Assembly: GCA_963674745.2 (NCBI GenBank)
Contig: CAXXDV010000001.1
Span: 1,760,001-1,824,000 of the forward strand
Length of the DNA: 64,000 bases
DNA from: Desulfosudaceae bacterium
Lineage (GTDB): Bacteria > Desulfobacterota > Desulfobacteria > Desulfobacterales > Desulfosudaceae
Direction of reading: 5' to 3'
Under the pieces are notes generated by a model. That model ran no database searches, had not been told where the DNA came from, and saw only the letters and a list, made by a program, of their open reading frames with translations. Position numbers and translations under genes: made by a program. Positions 49,841-59,685 of the stretch are shown piece after piece. How positions within the stretch are numbered: the stretch's first letter is position 1; every line of letters begins with the position of its first letter.

Positions 49841-50548
49841 TTATGCGTTTGAATCCAATTGCAGTTTTCTGGGTTCATGCCCCGAAGCGGCGATATAGTA
49901 TTCTTGTTTGTCTTTATAGATTATCATGCCGTCAAGATAGTCCACGTTTTCGCGTTTTTCCGAGGGCACTTTCAAAAAATACCATTGTAATACGTACACG
50001 TTCCAGTCGTGGGTGACGCAGATATCCAGGTGGTTCGAACAATCGTTTTCCGCAAAACGTTTTTCCCAGAACGCCTTCATGGTGGTAGCGACTTTTTCAG
50101 GCGGGTCGATGACGTCTGCGGGTACAGAACCATTGAACCAGGCGGGCAGAAAATCCGATCCCTTGAGATGCTCCTCAAACAAGCGCAGGGCATCTTTGAC
50201 ATAAAAAGGAGACAGGGTCAACTCGATGGCGTTGTGGCTGGTTGTGCCACTTGAAGCCACATAGCCTTTGTCCATCAGGTAGGCGGTCTCGATGCACCGG
50301 CCGATAAAGCTTGAAAAAAAATTGAGGTGCCGGCCCGGCGGCAGGCTTTTTCCCCATTCAAAAGACAACTCTTTGCCTTCTTCGGTCAACCCCATGAAGG
50401 GTTCGTTGATGGGGTTGTCCGTGTCATAATGCCGGGCGGAGTGGCGCAACACAATCACCCCCCGCCTTGTATCGCCATGTAAAAAGGTTTCTACCAGTTG
50501 CCGTGTTTTGGTGCCATAATCTGTCGATGGGGGTTGTGCTTTTTTCAT
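49841..50548 (-). CDS. Histidine phosphatase superfamily protein
   Basis: VLRHS (RHG variant), LTEEG, SS...RCIETA, VTHD. Confidence 0.8.
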   Translation of the reverse strand: MKKAQPPSTDYGTKTRQLVETFLHGDTRRGVIVLRHSARHYDTDNPINEPFMGLTEEGKELSFEWGKSLPPGRHLNFFSSFIGRCIETAYLMDKGYVASSGTTSHNAIELTLSPFYVKDALRLFEEHLKGSDFLPAWFNGSVPADVIDPPEKVATTMKAFWEKRFAENDCSNHLDICVTHDWNVYVLQWYFLKVPSEKRENVDYLDGMIIYKDKQEYYIAASGHEPRKLQLDSNA

Positions 50549-50672
50549 GTTTTCAGAGTTGCCCTTAAATCGGCATGATAAATCGCAATGGCCTTGACTA
50601 AAAAGTTAATTTTCCGCAATATGAACATAACAGTATGCTATTTTAATCCAGAAAAGTTAAATACACCAGACA

Positions 50673-51833
50673 ATGACGTCAAACATCAATCAGATACCAC
50701 TGTTTGTAGAAAAAATCAAATCCCTAAAAGATACAATCATTACCAATATTATCCTGACCGGGCAGATACCGGCACCCACCTTCGAGGAAGAGCAGCGGGC
50801 GGAAATGCTGCTGGAAAGACTTTCCAACGCCGGTCTTGAACGTTGCACGCATGATACGATCGGTAATCCGGTGGCAGTGATTCCGGGGATCGCAGACGAT
50901 AAACCCCCTATTTTTGTTGTGGCCCATCTGGATACGGTTGTCGATCGGGATGTCGAGCATAATTATACCGTCACCAAGGGGTCTATCCTGGGGCCGGGTA
51001 TTACGGACAATTCAACCGGGGTTGGGGTGCTGGCCTCTCTTCCGGATATATTCACGACCCTGGGCCTTTCCTTTGAGTCGGATATTGTGCTGGCCGGGGT
51101 TGTCCGATCCATCGGTGATGGGAATCTGGAAGGAATAAAGACACTTGTTAAGAACTGGGGGACGCCGATCCGAGGCGCGATTTCAATGGAAGGGTGCGAA
51201 CTGGGTCGTCTGAGTTATTTTTCAGAAGGATTGAAGCGCTGTGAAATCGAATGTTCCATTTCCCCGGGATTGGGCGTTAAGCCCCGATTTATGCCCAATG
51301 CCATCCTGGTGCTCAATGAAGTGATCAACCAGATTCTGGAATTGCGCCTGCCCCAGAGACCCCGGGCAAGAATTATTGTGGGCAGAATCAGCGGCGGATT
51401 CAAGCACGGCACGATTCCTTTTGACGCCAGTCTCGGCCTGGAAATTCAGAGTGATTCCGTAGAGATGGTCAGGTCGATCTATGCCGATATCAAGGACATT
51501 GTCAATGGCGTGGCCCACGAGCAGCAGGCCGCCTTGAAACTGAAAAGCATCAGCGAACAGGCCCCTTCAAGACTTAAATTCAGCCATCCTCTGGTCAAGT
51601 CCGCCATAGCGGTAATGAAAAAACTGAAATTGGATCCGGTAACCGTGCCCAGTGAGTCGGAATTGTCCGTGTTTTTATCCCACAACATTCCCGCCATTAC
51701 CCTCGGCCTTACCTACGGAACCGAGGCTTTTCTGCCGGAACAGTCCAAGGTAAAAATCAATCCGCTTTTCAAGGGGATTGCGCAGGTTGTCGGTGTAATA
51801 AAGGCGATTGACAGTGGGGCCTGCGATGAATAA
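50673..51833 (+). CDS. M20/M28-family metallopeptidase-like protein (degenerate active site)
   Basis: IPAPTFEE, GNPVA, AHLDTV, GPGITDNSTG, IPAITLG. Confidence 0.8.
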   Translation: MTSNINQIPLFVEKIKSLKDTIITNIILTGQIPAPTFEEEQRAEMLLERLSNAGLERCTHDTIGNPVAVIPGIADDKPPIFVVAHLDTVVDRDVEHNYTVTKGSILGPGITDNSTGVGVLASLPDIFTTLGLSFESDIVLAGVVRSIGDGNLEGIKTLVKNWGTPIRGAISMEGCELGRLSYFSEGLKRCEIECSISPGLGVKPRFMPNAILVLNEVINQILELRLPQRPRARIIVGRISGGFKHGTIPFDASLGLEIQSDSVEMVRSIYADIKDIVNGVAHEQQAALKLKSISEQAPSRLKFSHPLVKSAIAVMKKLKLDPVTVPSESELSVFLSHNIPAITLGLTYGTEAFLPEQSKVKINPLFKGIAQVVGVIKAIDSGACDE

Positions 51834-52812
51834 ACCCTGGATAGAAACCAATACCTTTCACCACTCCGGGTTTTCAGACCTGGAGCAGCTGACAGAAGCA
51901 AAAAATAATCGCAATCTCTCAGTTTCCCTGTGTTTTCCCACTTTGAATGAAGAGAAAACCATTGCCAAGGAAATCGTTATCATGAAGTCCGAGTTGATGA
52001 CGCGTCATCAACTGCTTGATGAAATTGTCGTGATTGATTCCGGGTCAACAGACAACACCCTGGAAATTGCTGCCGAATACGGCGTGAATACGTATCGCGC
52101 GGATGATATCCTGCCGTCTCTGGAAAAGTTCACGGGCAAAGGCGAAAATTTATGGAAGGCGCTTTATGTCACCCATGGCGATATTCTGGTTTATCTTGAC
52201 GCGGATATTAAGAATATCCATCCCCGGTTTGTGTATGCGCTTTTGGGGCCGTTGATCCTGAACGAAAACATTAAATATACCAAGGCATTTTATGACAGGC
52301 CCATCGCTCTGGATAAAAACAAAACGCTTCCCAGCGGCGGCGGGCGGGTAACCGAACTGGTGATCCGTCCCTTGTTCTCGCTGTTTTTCCCGGAACTGGC
52401 GCAGATCCTTCAACCGCTTTCCGGTGAGTACGCCGGGTTCAGAGAAATTTTTGAGAACATACCGTTTCCCATCGGGTATGGCGTTGAGACCAGTATTATT
52501 CTGGATATTTATAAAAAATGGGGTTTGAACGTCATCGCCCAGGTGGATCTTGACAAACGGGTTCATACCAACCAGAGCACCAAGGCCCTGGGCAAAATGG
52601 CTTTTGTGATCATGAAAACGTTTTTTGACCGCATTGAAAAACTGGGCAGAATAGAGTTAACCCGGGAGTTGTTTAATGAAATGATCCAGTTTGACCTGGT
52701 TCAAGGTGAATATGTCGCGGATTTATTTTCCATAAAAATGTCCGAGCGGCCCCCCATGATCGAAATTGAAGAATACAAAAACCGATTTACGAAGCCATCA
52801 AAGGAGTTTTGA
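51826..52812 (+). CDS. gpgS: Glucosyl-3-phosphoglycerate synthase
   Basis: PTLNEEKTI, IDSGSTD, GKGENLWK, YLDAD, KAFYDRP, GGRVTEL, QPLSGEYA, GYGVE. Confidence 0.9.
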   Translation: MNKPWIETNTFHHSGFSDLEQLTEAKNNRNLSVSLCFPTLNEEKTIAKEIVIMKSELMTRHQLLDEIVVIDSGSTDNTLEIAAEYGVNTYRADDILPSLEKFTGKGENLWKALYVTHGDILVYLDADIKNIHPRFVYALLGPLILNENIKYTKAFYDRPIALDKNKTLPSGGGRVTELVIRPLFSLFFPELAQILQPLSGEYAGFREIFENIPFPIGYGVETSIILDIYKKWGLNVIAQVDLDKRVHTNQSTKALGKMAFVIMKTFFDRIEKLGRIELTRELFNEMIQFDLVQGEYVADLFSIKMSERPPMIEIEEYKNRFTKPSKEF

Positions 52813-53804
52813 TGCAGTCCCCGAAGTTGACGGATACATATAAACGGCAGTTAAACTATTTGAGGGTTTCAATTACGGACAGGTGTAATTTAAAATGCAT
52901 TTACTGCCGTCCGTCCGGATCTTTCAACCTGCTTTCCCATAACGATATTCTTACATATGAAGAAACTCTTCGTGTCATCAGGATCGGTGCTGAACTGGGT
53001 ATTACCAAGATCAGAATAACCGGTGGAGAACCGTTGGTCCGCAAGGGGGTTTGCGATTTTCTTCAAAAGGCCGCCGACATTCCGGGTATTGGCGATATTT
53101 CGATTACCTCAAACGGGGTCTTCTTAAAGGAGAACCTGCCGGCCATTAAATCAGCGGGCATCAACCGTTTGAATATCAGCCTGGATAGCCTGGACCGGCG
53201 TAAATTTAAAGCCATTACGGGAGGGGACGCCTTTTTCGAGGTCTGGGACAGCATTATGACGGCTCTGGAATTGGGGTTTTCGCCGGTCAAAATCAATGCT
53301 GTGGCCATGAACGGCATTAATGATGATGAACTGGCCGACCTGGCGGCGCTCTCCGTGGACTATCCCCTGCACGTTCGTTTTATTGAATTTATGCCTTCTG
53401 AAAAGAACCCCTTGAAGGATGATGTGCAGTTGTTCACGCCCGATATCAAGCAGCGGGTAACCGCGGTCGGTGAGTTGATCCCGGTTGAAGATACAATGAA
53501 AGGCACCACGGCCGAGCGATTCAGGTTCCCTGATGCTAAAGGCGAGGTCGGTTTTATCAGTCCGGTCAGCAAGCATTTCTGCAAGACATGTAACCGGTTG
53601 CGGTTGACTGCGGACGGCAAGCTTAAACCCTGTCTGTTTTCCAACATTATGCTGGATATGAAAACACCGTTGCGGATGGGTGCGACCGATACCATGCTGG
53701 CCGATGTTTTCCGGCAGGCGGTTTTGAAAAAGCCGGGATATTCCCGGGAGGAAGCCGATAAGACAACAAGTTTGACGCAGATCATGTCCGCTATCGGCGG
53801 ATGA
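52812..53804 (+). CDS. moaA: GTP 3',8-cyclase (molybdopterin biosynthesis)
   Basis: YLRVSITDRCNLKCIYC, TGGEP, FIEFMP, FCKTCNRLRLTADG...C, C-terminal IGG. Confidence 0.97.
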   Translation: MQSPKLTDTYKRQLNYLRVSITDRCNLKCIYCRPSGSFNLLSHNDILTYEETLRVIRIGAELGITKIRITGGEPLVRKGVCDFLQKAADIPGIGDISITSNGVFLKENLPAIKSAGINRLNISLDSLDRRKFKAITGGDAFFEVWDSIMTALELGFSPVKINAVAMNGINDDELADLAALSVDYPLHVRFIEFMPSEKNPLKDDVQLFTPDIKQRVTAVGELIPVEDTMKGTTAERFRFPDAKGEVGFISPVSKHFCKTCNRLRLTADGKLKPCLFSNIMLDMKTPLRMGATDTMLADVFRQAVLKKPGYSREEADKTTSLTQIMSAIGG

Positions 53805-53808
53805 CAAT

Positions 53809-54582
53809 ATGCAACAGCTTTACTTACTTTTTCGACAGGCGGCCCGGGAAATTGCCGCTGCCTATCCCGAGCCGGATTTCTATAAAGATTTTTCGTTGTC
53901 CGTGACGCGATCCCGAAAGATGTTCCGGGACAGTTCCATGGTGCGTCAACTAACCGTTTATGTCCGCGAAGAAACCCGCAGCAACCTCGGGCACGGTCTG
54001 GGGCACGCCGAAACAGTCGCTCTGGACGCGGGCGCCATCGCCGGAATCGAAGCATCCCGTGCGAATTTTTCAGAACCGGATGTGGCGCATTTCGTGATGC
54101 TGGCTCATTGCGCGGGCCTGCTGCATGACATCAGGCGCAGACATCGTCAGCATGCCGTCAAGGGCGCCGAGGCGGCCCGGGAAAAATTGATCCGGGATGA
54201 CCTGCTGGATGAGGCGAGCATCAATAATATCGCTTTTGCGATTCGAAACCATGAAGCGTTCAAGGATGCGCAGCGGCCGGAATCACTGGAACATGATATT
54301 CTTGCCGGCAGCCTGTATGACGCGGACAAGTTCCGCTGGGGGCCGGATAATTTTACCCACACGGTCTGGAAGATGATAGAAGCCGCGCCGCCTTCTATAA
54401 CCAAATTTATTCGTCTTTACCCGCAGGCGCTGGAATATATTGCGGCCATCAAAACCACCTTCCGCACAATCGTCGGCAAACAATACGGTCCCCAGTTCAT
54501 CGACATCGGACTGGACATCGGCCGCGAGCTGATGGAAAAAATAGAAACGGAATATAAGGATTACCTGCCCCGCGAACGCTAG
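53809..54582 (+). CDS. HD domain metal-dependent phosphohydrolase
   Basis: GHGLGH, LLHDI, IRNHE, LYDADK. Confidence 0.85.
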   Translation: MQQLYLLFRQAAREIAAAYPEPDFYKDFSLSVTRSRKMFRDSSMVRQLTVYVREETRSNLGHGLGHAETVALDAGAIAGIEASRANFSEPDVAHFVMLAHCAGLLHDIRRRHRQHAVKGAEAAREKLIRDDLLDEASINNIAFAIRNHEAFKDAQRPESLEHDILAGSLYDADKFRWGPDNFTHTVWKMIEAAPPSITKFIRLYPQALEYIAAIKTTFRTIVGKQYGPQFIDIGLDIGRELMEKIETEYKDYLPRER

Positions 54583-54612
54583 CCCGGATATTTCATGAAA
54601 TATCCGGGCTAG
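54579..54612. repeat. Perfect 34-bp palindrome (IS/MITE end-like)
   Basis: CTAGCCCGGATATTTCA|TGAAATATCCGGGCTAG; a half-site variant CATGAAATATCCGGTTTAG lies at 59645-59663. Confidence 0.75.
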
Positions 54613-54641
54613 TTTTTACAACCGGTGGAGTCGCAAGCGCG

Positions 54642-56231
54642 ATGCAGACAAAGTCAGGACAGGAAAGACAATTGACCCGGCAAATTCTGTTCCGGGAGCT
54701 GCCGCCCGCTCCGCCGGCGGTCGTTGAACGGTATTTCGGTCCGTCCCGTTTCCCGGGTACAACGGCTATTGGTTATCGCCGGACGCATCCGGAAATTTTT
54801 CAGGATACCCTCGATTCACGTCTGGAATCCTATGAAGAATGGCTGACAGCGCAGGTCGCCCGTATGGTCGAATCCATCCGGGCTGCCGGGATCGGAGGCG
54901 CAATTGGTCAGGCCATCAAGGATTGGCCTGACCACAGGCTTGCAGAAAGATTTGATTTTTGGCTGGACTACCGGACCGACAGTGGTGACCTGCTGGCCGA
55001 TGCCATACCCCAGCAGATGTATGAAGATGTTTTTATTAGAATGATTCTGTCCATTACACGGGTGAAAACCGGAACCGGGGAGCCGCACCTCTATCGGAAT
55101 TTTAACGCCCTGTGTCATCGTATCGGCATGGCCCTGCTGACCGTCATCGACAAAAAATACGGCACAGGCCGGGCCGACGCCGACAACCGGATCGATGGCA
55201 TTATCAGGGTGTCGGTTTTGTCCGGTCATATCGGCATCAACCTTAAAAGTTCGGCTTCGGCTGCTTCGGCCTTGCTCAATCGTAACCGGATTCCGCTTCC
55301 CGACCACTGGGTTTCGACCCCGGATGCGGTACACGGGATCTCCGATGCCGACCTGATCGCCCTGGCCTGCCGGGTCCTTGAAATGGCCGATGGCCCGGAG
55401 GGCCGGTTCGGATTGACCGCAATGGCCAAATATCACCTTGAGGTGATAAATACCGCAAATCCGACCCTGCTGATATTTTTCTGTGATGATTACCTGGAAT
55501 CGATTATTGATCTGAAGCGGTTCGAAATCATGCTGGCCGACAACCCCTCGCTAAGCGTTCTTTTCGTGCCCCGGGCCGGTCGATACGGAAATGATCTGGC
55601 CTTTTCGGATATGGGACCGATTTTAAGGGAACCCCATTTCGTAAAACTCCGCACCCTTGAGACGGAAGGGCGTTTTTACATCAGCCCTCATGGACCAAGG
55701 GCCGGGTGCATCGATATTCGCGACATGAGCCCTGATTTTATTGATGAGATCGACCGGCTGGGGTGTGGCCGTCAGGTGATCATTGAGACCAAAGGGTGCC
55801 GCAATTTTGAAATGCTTCGGGGAAGTTTGCCGATACCCTGGTATACCTCTTTTAATTGTAACCGTGCCTTGAGTATCAGAACCGTGGGCGTTGACGGTCC
55901 ACCGGTGTTTCTCAGGATTCCCCCCGGACTTGATGCCTACGATGGCTTTACCCGCCCGGTTATTGCGCCCAGCGACTCCTTTCCGGATACCGGTGTCCGG
56001 TTTGCCCGGATGACAACGCGGGATCTTTATGACGCTATGGGATCTTCGGCATACCTGGCTTTCCGGCGGCAGGCAGGAGACGAATACCAGGCGAACAGTG
56101 TGCTGATGGGGTATTGCCGGCAACAGGGCCTGACGTTTTCAGAACTTGTTCAAATCCTGAACGGTTATCAGGACGGATATGCAGAGAAGGCGAAAAAACA
56201 GTTTCCCCGTTTTGACTTGACCTCAAGGTGA
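54642..56231 (+). CDS. Hypothetical protein with a divergent DUF89/ARMT1-like core
   Basis: FFCDDYLESIID, FVPR...YGNDLAFSD, IIETKGCRNFEML parallel the DUF89 motifs DNxGE, PxxND, KGxGNxE. Confidence 0.6.
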   Translation: MQTKSGQERQLTRQILFRELPPAPPAVVERYFGPSRFPGTTAIGYRRTHPEIFQDTLDSRLESYEEWLTAQVARMVESIRAAGIGGAIGQAIKDWPDHRLAERFDFWLDYRTDSGDLLADAIPQQMYEDVFIRMILSITRVKTGTGEPHLYRNFNALCHRIGMALLTVIDKKYGTGRADADNRIDGIIRVSVLSGHIGINLKSSASAASALLNRNRIPLPDHWVSTPDAVHGISDADLIALACRVLEMADGPEGRFGLTAMAKYHLEVINTANPTLLIFFCDDYLESIIDLKRFEIMLADNPSLSVLFVPRAGRYGNDLAFSDMGPILREPHFVKLRTLETEGRFYISPHGPRAGCIDIRDMSPDFIDEIDRLGCGRQVIIETKGCRNFEMLRGSLPIPWYTSFNCNRALSIRTVGVDGPPVFLRIPPGLDAYDGFTRPVIAPSDSFPDTGVRFARMTTRDLYDAMGSSAYLAFRRQAGDEYQANSVLMGYCRQQGLTFSELVQILNGYQDGYAEKAKKQFPRFDLTSR

Positions 56232-56234
56232 ATT

Positions 56235-57068
56235 ATGCCCCGTATTTATTATCATCGAAATATTACTTTCCAGCGGCTGATGCTGGATTTTATTCAGTTT
56301 ATCCTTGCCCAGAAAGCCCTGACGCGGTTTGTCGGCCCGCAGTTTTCCAGAAGCCAAACCCGGGTGGAAATAGACCTGACGTATCGTTGCAATCTGCGGT
56401 GTGAAAACTGTAACCGCTCCTGCACACAGGCGCCCAGCCGGCTGGACATACCTCTTGAACGGGTGGCCGGTTTTATCGATCAGAGTGTTTCGATGGGACT
56501 GCCATGGGAGCGGATAAGACTGCTGGGCGGTGAGCCAACCCTTTATCCTCAAATCGATGAGGTGGTGGCCCTGCTTCTGGACTATAAGCGGAACCACCGT
56601 CCCGGCCTGCGTATTGTCATTTGCACCAACGGTGACGGCAGAAAAGTGAATGATGTTTTAAATCGTCTTCCCGGGGTGGTCGAGATTAAAAAAACGCCCA
56701 AGGGCTCACCACAGCCCCTTTTTCGGCCATTTAACATGGCGCCGGTGGACAACATCATGTTCCGCTGGTCCGACTTCAGCGCCGGGTGCCGGATTATCAG
56801 GGACTGTGGCCTTGGCCTGACACCAATGGGGTACTATCCCTGTGCGGTTGCCGGCGGTATTGACAGGGTTTTCGGTTGGGGGCTGGGACGACCTGATCTA
56901 CCATCGAAAAAAGATGATATGAGGGATCTGATGCGCATTTTCTGCAGATACTGCGGTCATTTCGGTTTCCTGTGGCCGTCGAAAAGACAAAAAATGTCAA
57001 ATGCCTGGAGAAAAGCCTACCTTAAATACCGGCCGCCCGGAGAGACGGCCGGTAATGGATTTCATTAA
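56235..57068 (+). CDS. Radical SAM protein with a C-terminal Cys-rich (twitch/SPASM-like) region
   Basis: DLTYRCNLRCENC, LLGGEPTL, CTNG; C-terminal C...C...GYYPC...CRYC. Confidence 0.88.
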   Translation: MPRIYYHRNITFQRLMLDFIQFILAQKALTRFVGPQFSRSQTRVEIDLTYRCNLRCENCNRSCTQAPSRLDIPLERVAGFIDQSVSMGLPWERIRLLGGEPTLYPQIDEVVALLLDYKRNHRPGLRIVICTNGDGRKVNDVLNRLPGVVEIKKTPKGSPQPLFRPFNMAPVDNIMFRWSDFSAGCRIIRDCGLGLTPMGYYPCAVAGGIDRVFGWGLGRPDLPSKKDDMRDLMRIFCRYCGHFGFLWPSKRQKMSNAWRKAYLKYRPPGETAGNGFH

Positions 57069-57736
57069 GCGCCGTTCTCTATAACAATCCTGGCATAAAT
57101 GGAATTCGGGTATTCAGCAGTGATCCGGCTGTACATTTCCCGGCTGCTGTCCCTGTCTCCCAGGCTTTCATAGAGTCGACCGGCGTTGAACAGGGCTTTG
57201 TCTTTTATCGGCGCATGGGGCGTATCAATGATCTGTTTGAACGCCTCGATGGCCCGGTCGTTATCGCCGACGGCTTCATAAGCGTAACCCAGACCATTTA
57301 CAGCCAGTATCTTCAGGAAGTTATTGTGTTTAAAGTCAGATAAGGCTTGCTGGTAAGCGGTGATGGCGTTTTCGAAATCTCTGGCCGCATAACAGGCGTC
57401 GGCGTATTTCAACCCGGCAATCTCTCCGGCGACCGTGTTGCCCCGTTTCTTGTTGAGCAGGTGATAATCTTCCAATATTTCAGCCTGGTCGCTCCCGGTT
57501 TCGGCTTTTTGATTTATTTCCGTCAACCGGGTAAAGGCGATTTTTTCGGATCTGGCTGAAAAATAGGTGATCCCGATAAAAAGCGCAATGATTCCTAAAA
57601 AAGCACCGACTGCGATTATTGCTTGCCTTTGGTGGCTGCTGACCCATATGGATGCCTGCTGCAGAAATTCCAGAATCGCATCCGGTTTTTCAAGTTCTTT
57701 CTTCCGCGCCAGCGACACCCTGCTGATTTTTGCCAT
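57065..57736 (-). CDS. Membrane-anchored tetratricopeptide repeat protein (YfgM-like)
   Basis: N-terminal ELEKPD, a single TM, TPR-like helices, C-terminal EYPNS. Confidence 0.8.
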   Translation of the reverse strand: MAKISRVSLARKKELEKPDAILEFLQQASIWVSSHQRQAIIAVGAFLGIIALFIGITYFSARSEKIAFTRLTEINQKAETGSDQAEILEDYHLLNKKRGNTVAGEIAGLKYADACYAARDFENAITAYQQALSDFKHNNFLKILAVNGLGYAYEAVGDNDRAIEAFKQIIDTPHAPIKDKALFNAGRLYESLGDRDSSREMYSRITAEYPNSIYARIVIENGA

Positions 57737-57742
57737 ACGCCC

Positions 57743-58738
57743 TTACTCCCTGTCAAAAGACGATATTAATGTTTTGATCCGATGCCAACCAGCGTCGGGG
57801 ATTTTGGCCCCTATGACCCGGCATACTTCGTAACCGCAGGCCGACCCCATGGCGCCGCAGGCCTCAATCGGATAACCGTTCACCAGGCCGTAAAGAAAAC
57901 CGGCCGCCCATAAATCGCCGGCACCGGTAGTGTCAACCGGTGGGGCATCGGTTTGGGCTTTTATTCTGTATATCTGGTCTTTAAAACTGATGTAACTTCC
58001 CCGCTCCCCGACCTTCAAAACCGCCAGTGGCGCGAGTTCCAGCAGATGCGCCATAACTTTTGTCTCATCACGGTGACCGCAATACGCTTCGGCCTCGTCC
58101 TCGTTGGCGATCAGGATGTCCACGTAATCAATGATAAGGTCATCGAGCAAAGACCGGGCGGTGTTGACCACTTCAAAGCTGGCCAGGTCAAGCGAAATCA
58201 GCGCACCGGCCGCTTTGGCCGCCTTGACGGTGGCCATCATTAAATCCGGATTAAAAAGCAGGTAGCCTTCTACCACGACCACGGCGGTATCCGCAAACAA
58301 TTCCGGGGTGATGGCGGCCGGGTCCAGTTCGGTTGAGGCCCCCAGGTGGGTAAACATGGTCCGCTGGGCATCAGGGGTAATGACCGATAACACCGTACCG
58401 GTCGGCGAGGAAGAGGAAAACAGTACCGGCTCGACGGCACTTTTTTTCAGGTCATCCGTAAACACCTGCCCGAATTCATCATCGCCGAGTTTGCCGATAA
58501 AGGCGGCTGTTCCACCCAGCATGCCCGCACCAACAATGGTATTGCAGGCCGAACCGCCGGAGACGACCTGGGGTGATTGTCCTGTGGACGCCAGCGCCTT
58601 TTCGATAAACGGGTGATCAACCAGCGTCATGCCGCCTTTTTCCGCGCCCAGTTCAGCCACAAAGGCGTCATTTTCTTTTAACAGCAGATCAACCAGCGCC
58701 GATCCAATGCCGGTAATTTTTTTTCGACCCTTGAACAT
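57743..58738 (-). CDS. PfkB-family carbohydrate kinase (adenosine kinase-like)
   Basis: GIGSALVD, GGSACN, ANEDEA, DTTGAGDLWAAGFL. Confidence 0.9.
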   Translation of the reverse strand: MFKGRKKITGIGSALVDLLLKENDAFVAELGAEKGGMTLVDHPFIEKALASTGQSPQVVSGGSACNTIVGAGMLGGTAAFIGKLGDDEFGQVFTDDLKKSAVEPVLFSSSSPTGTVLSVITPDAQRTMFTHLGASTELDPAAITPELFADTAVVVVEGYLLFNPDLMMATVKAAKAAGALISLDLASFEVVNTARSLLDDLIIDYVDILIANEDEAEAYCGHRDETKVMAHLLELAPLAVLKVGERGSYISFKDQIYRIKAQTDAPPVDTTGAGDLWAAGFLYGLVNGYPIEACGAMGSACGYEVCRVIGAKIPDAGWHRIKTLISSFDRE

Positions 58739-58748
58739 AAGTTTTTCC

Positions 58749-59546
58749 CTATAATTTGAGTTTTTCAGCACGAAAGGCGTCGATATAATTCATGCAGTAT
58801 TCGTCTTTTCCGGCCAGGGCTTCTGCGGCCAGGATCATGGCCATCATGCGTCGGTCCAGAGGGTTGATAATGGCGCCGTCCAGCCCCTTTAATATGGCCA
58901 TCACCATAAAGGTTTGATTCAGCAGTTTTCTCTCCGGGAGCCCATAAGAGATATTGGAAAGGCCGCAGGCGGTGTGAACGCCGGGAAAACTGGTCATGAT
59001 CTGTTCAATGGCATCCAGAAAGGCAGCACCGAATATACCGTTGGTTGAAATCGGTTGAACCAGCGGATCCACATAAATATTTTCCAGCGGAACGTTTTTG
59101 GCTACCAGACCGTTGACCAGCTTGTCCGCAATGCTCACCCGTTGTTCCACGGTTTCCGGCATGCCGTCGTCACTCATGCACAGGGCAATGACTTTCAAGT
59201 CGCTGCCCGCGATGATCGGCAGCAGGGCATCATAGCGCTGTTTTTCAAGAGAAATGGAGTTTACCATGGCCGTGCCTTTGTGGACAGACAGGGCCCCTTC
59301 CAGGGCTTTGGGATCGGGGGTGTCAATACAGCAGGCAATGTCGGTGGCTTCCTGGACGGTGGTGACCAGCCACTTTAAGTAGCCTTCTTCCTTGCCGACA
59401 AAAATACCGGCATTCACATCAATAATGTCGGCGCCGTTTTCCTTTTGGGAAACAGCCAGATCCGCTATGGCCCGGGCGTCCTGGGCCTTGATGGCTTCTC
59501 CTACGGCTTTCCGGCTGGCATTAATTAATTCTCCGATAATAAACAT
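58749..59546 (-). CDS. acsE: Methyltetrahydrofolate:corrinoid methyltransferase (AcsE/MeTr, pterin-binding)
   Basis: IIGELINASRK, IDVNAG, CIDT, VNSI, YVDPLV, GLSNISYGLP, GLDGAIINP. Confidence 0.85.
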   Translation of the reverse strand: MFIIGELINASRKAVGEAIKAQDARAIADLAVSQKENGADIIDVNAGIFVGKEEGYLKWLVTTVQEATDIACCIDTPDPKALEGALSVHKGTAMVNSISLEKQRYDALLPIIAGSDLKVIALCMSDDGMPETVEQRVSIADKLVNGLVAKNVPLENIYVDPLVQPISTNGIFGAAFLDAIEQIMTSFPGVHTACGLSNISYGLPERKLLNQTFMVMAILKGLDGAIINPLDRRMMAMILAAEALAGKDEYCMNYIDAFRAEKLKL

Positions 59547-59685
59547 AAGTTCTCCTTAAAACTGAAAAACGTTTAGCTCAGTTTACCGGGCATTTCAGGC
59601 GTTTTTCCGTCAAAGCATTTTAACCATATTCTGTCGAAAAAACACATGAAATATCCGGTTTAGAGCGTTTTACCCGAAGATCGAC

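Noticed and set aside
56229..56237. In-frame TGA-ATT-ATG between the DUF89-like and radical SAM genes as selenocysteine readthrough
   Set aside because: selA is present, but no SECIS-like hairpin follows, the position is a linker rather than a Cys site, and AAGGTGA works as an RBS for the next ATG.
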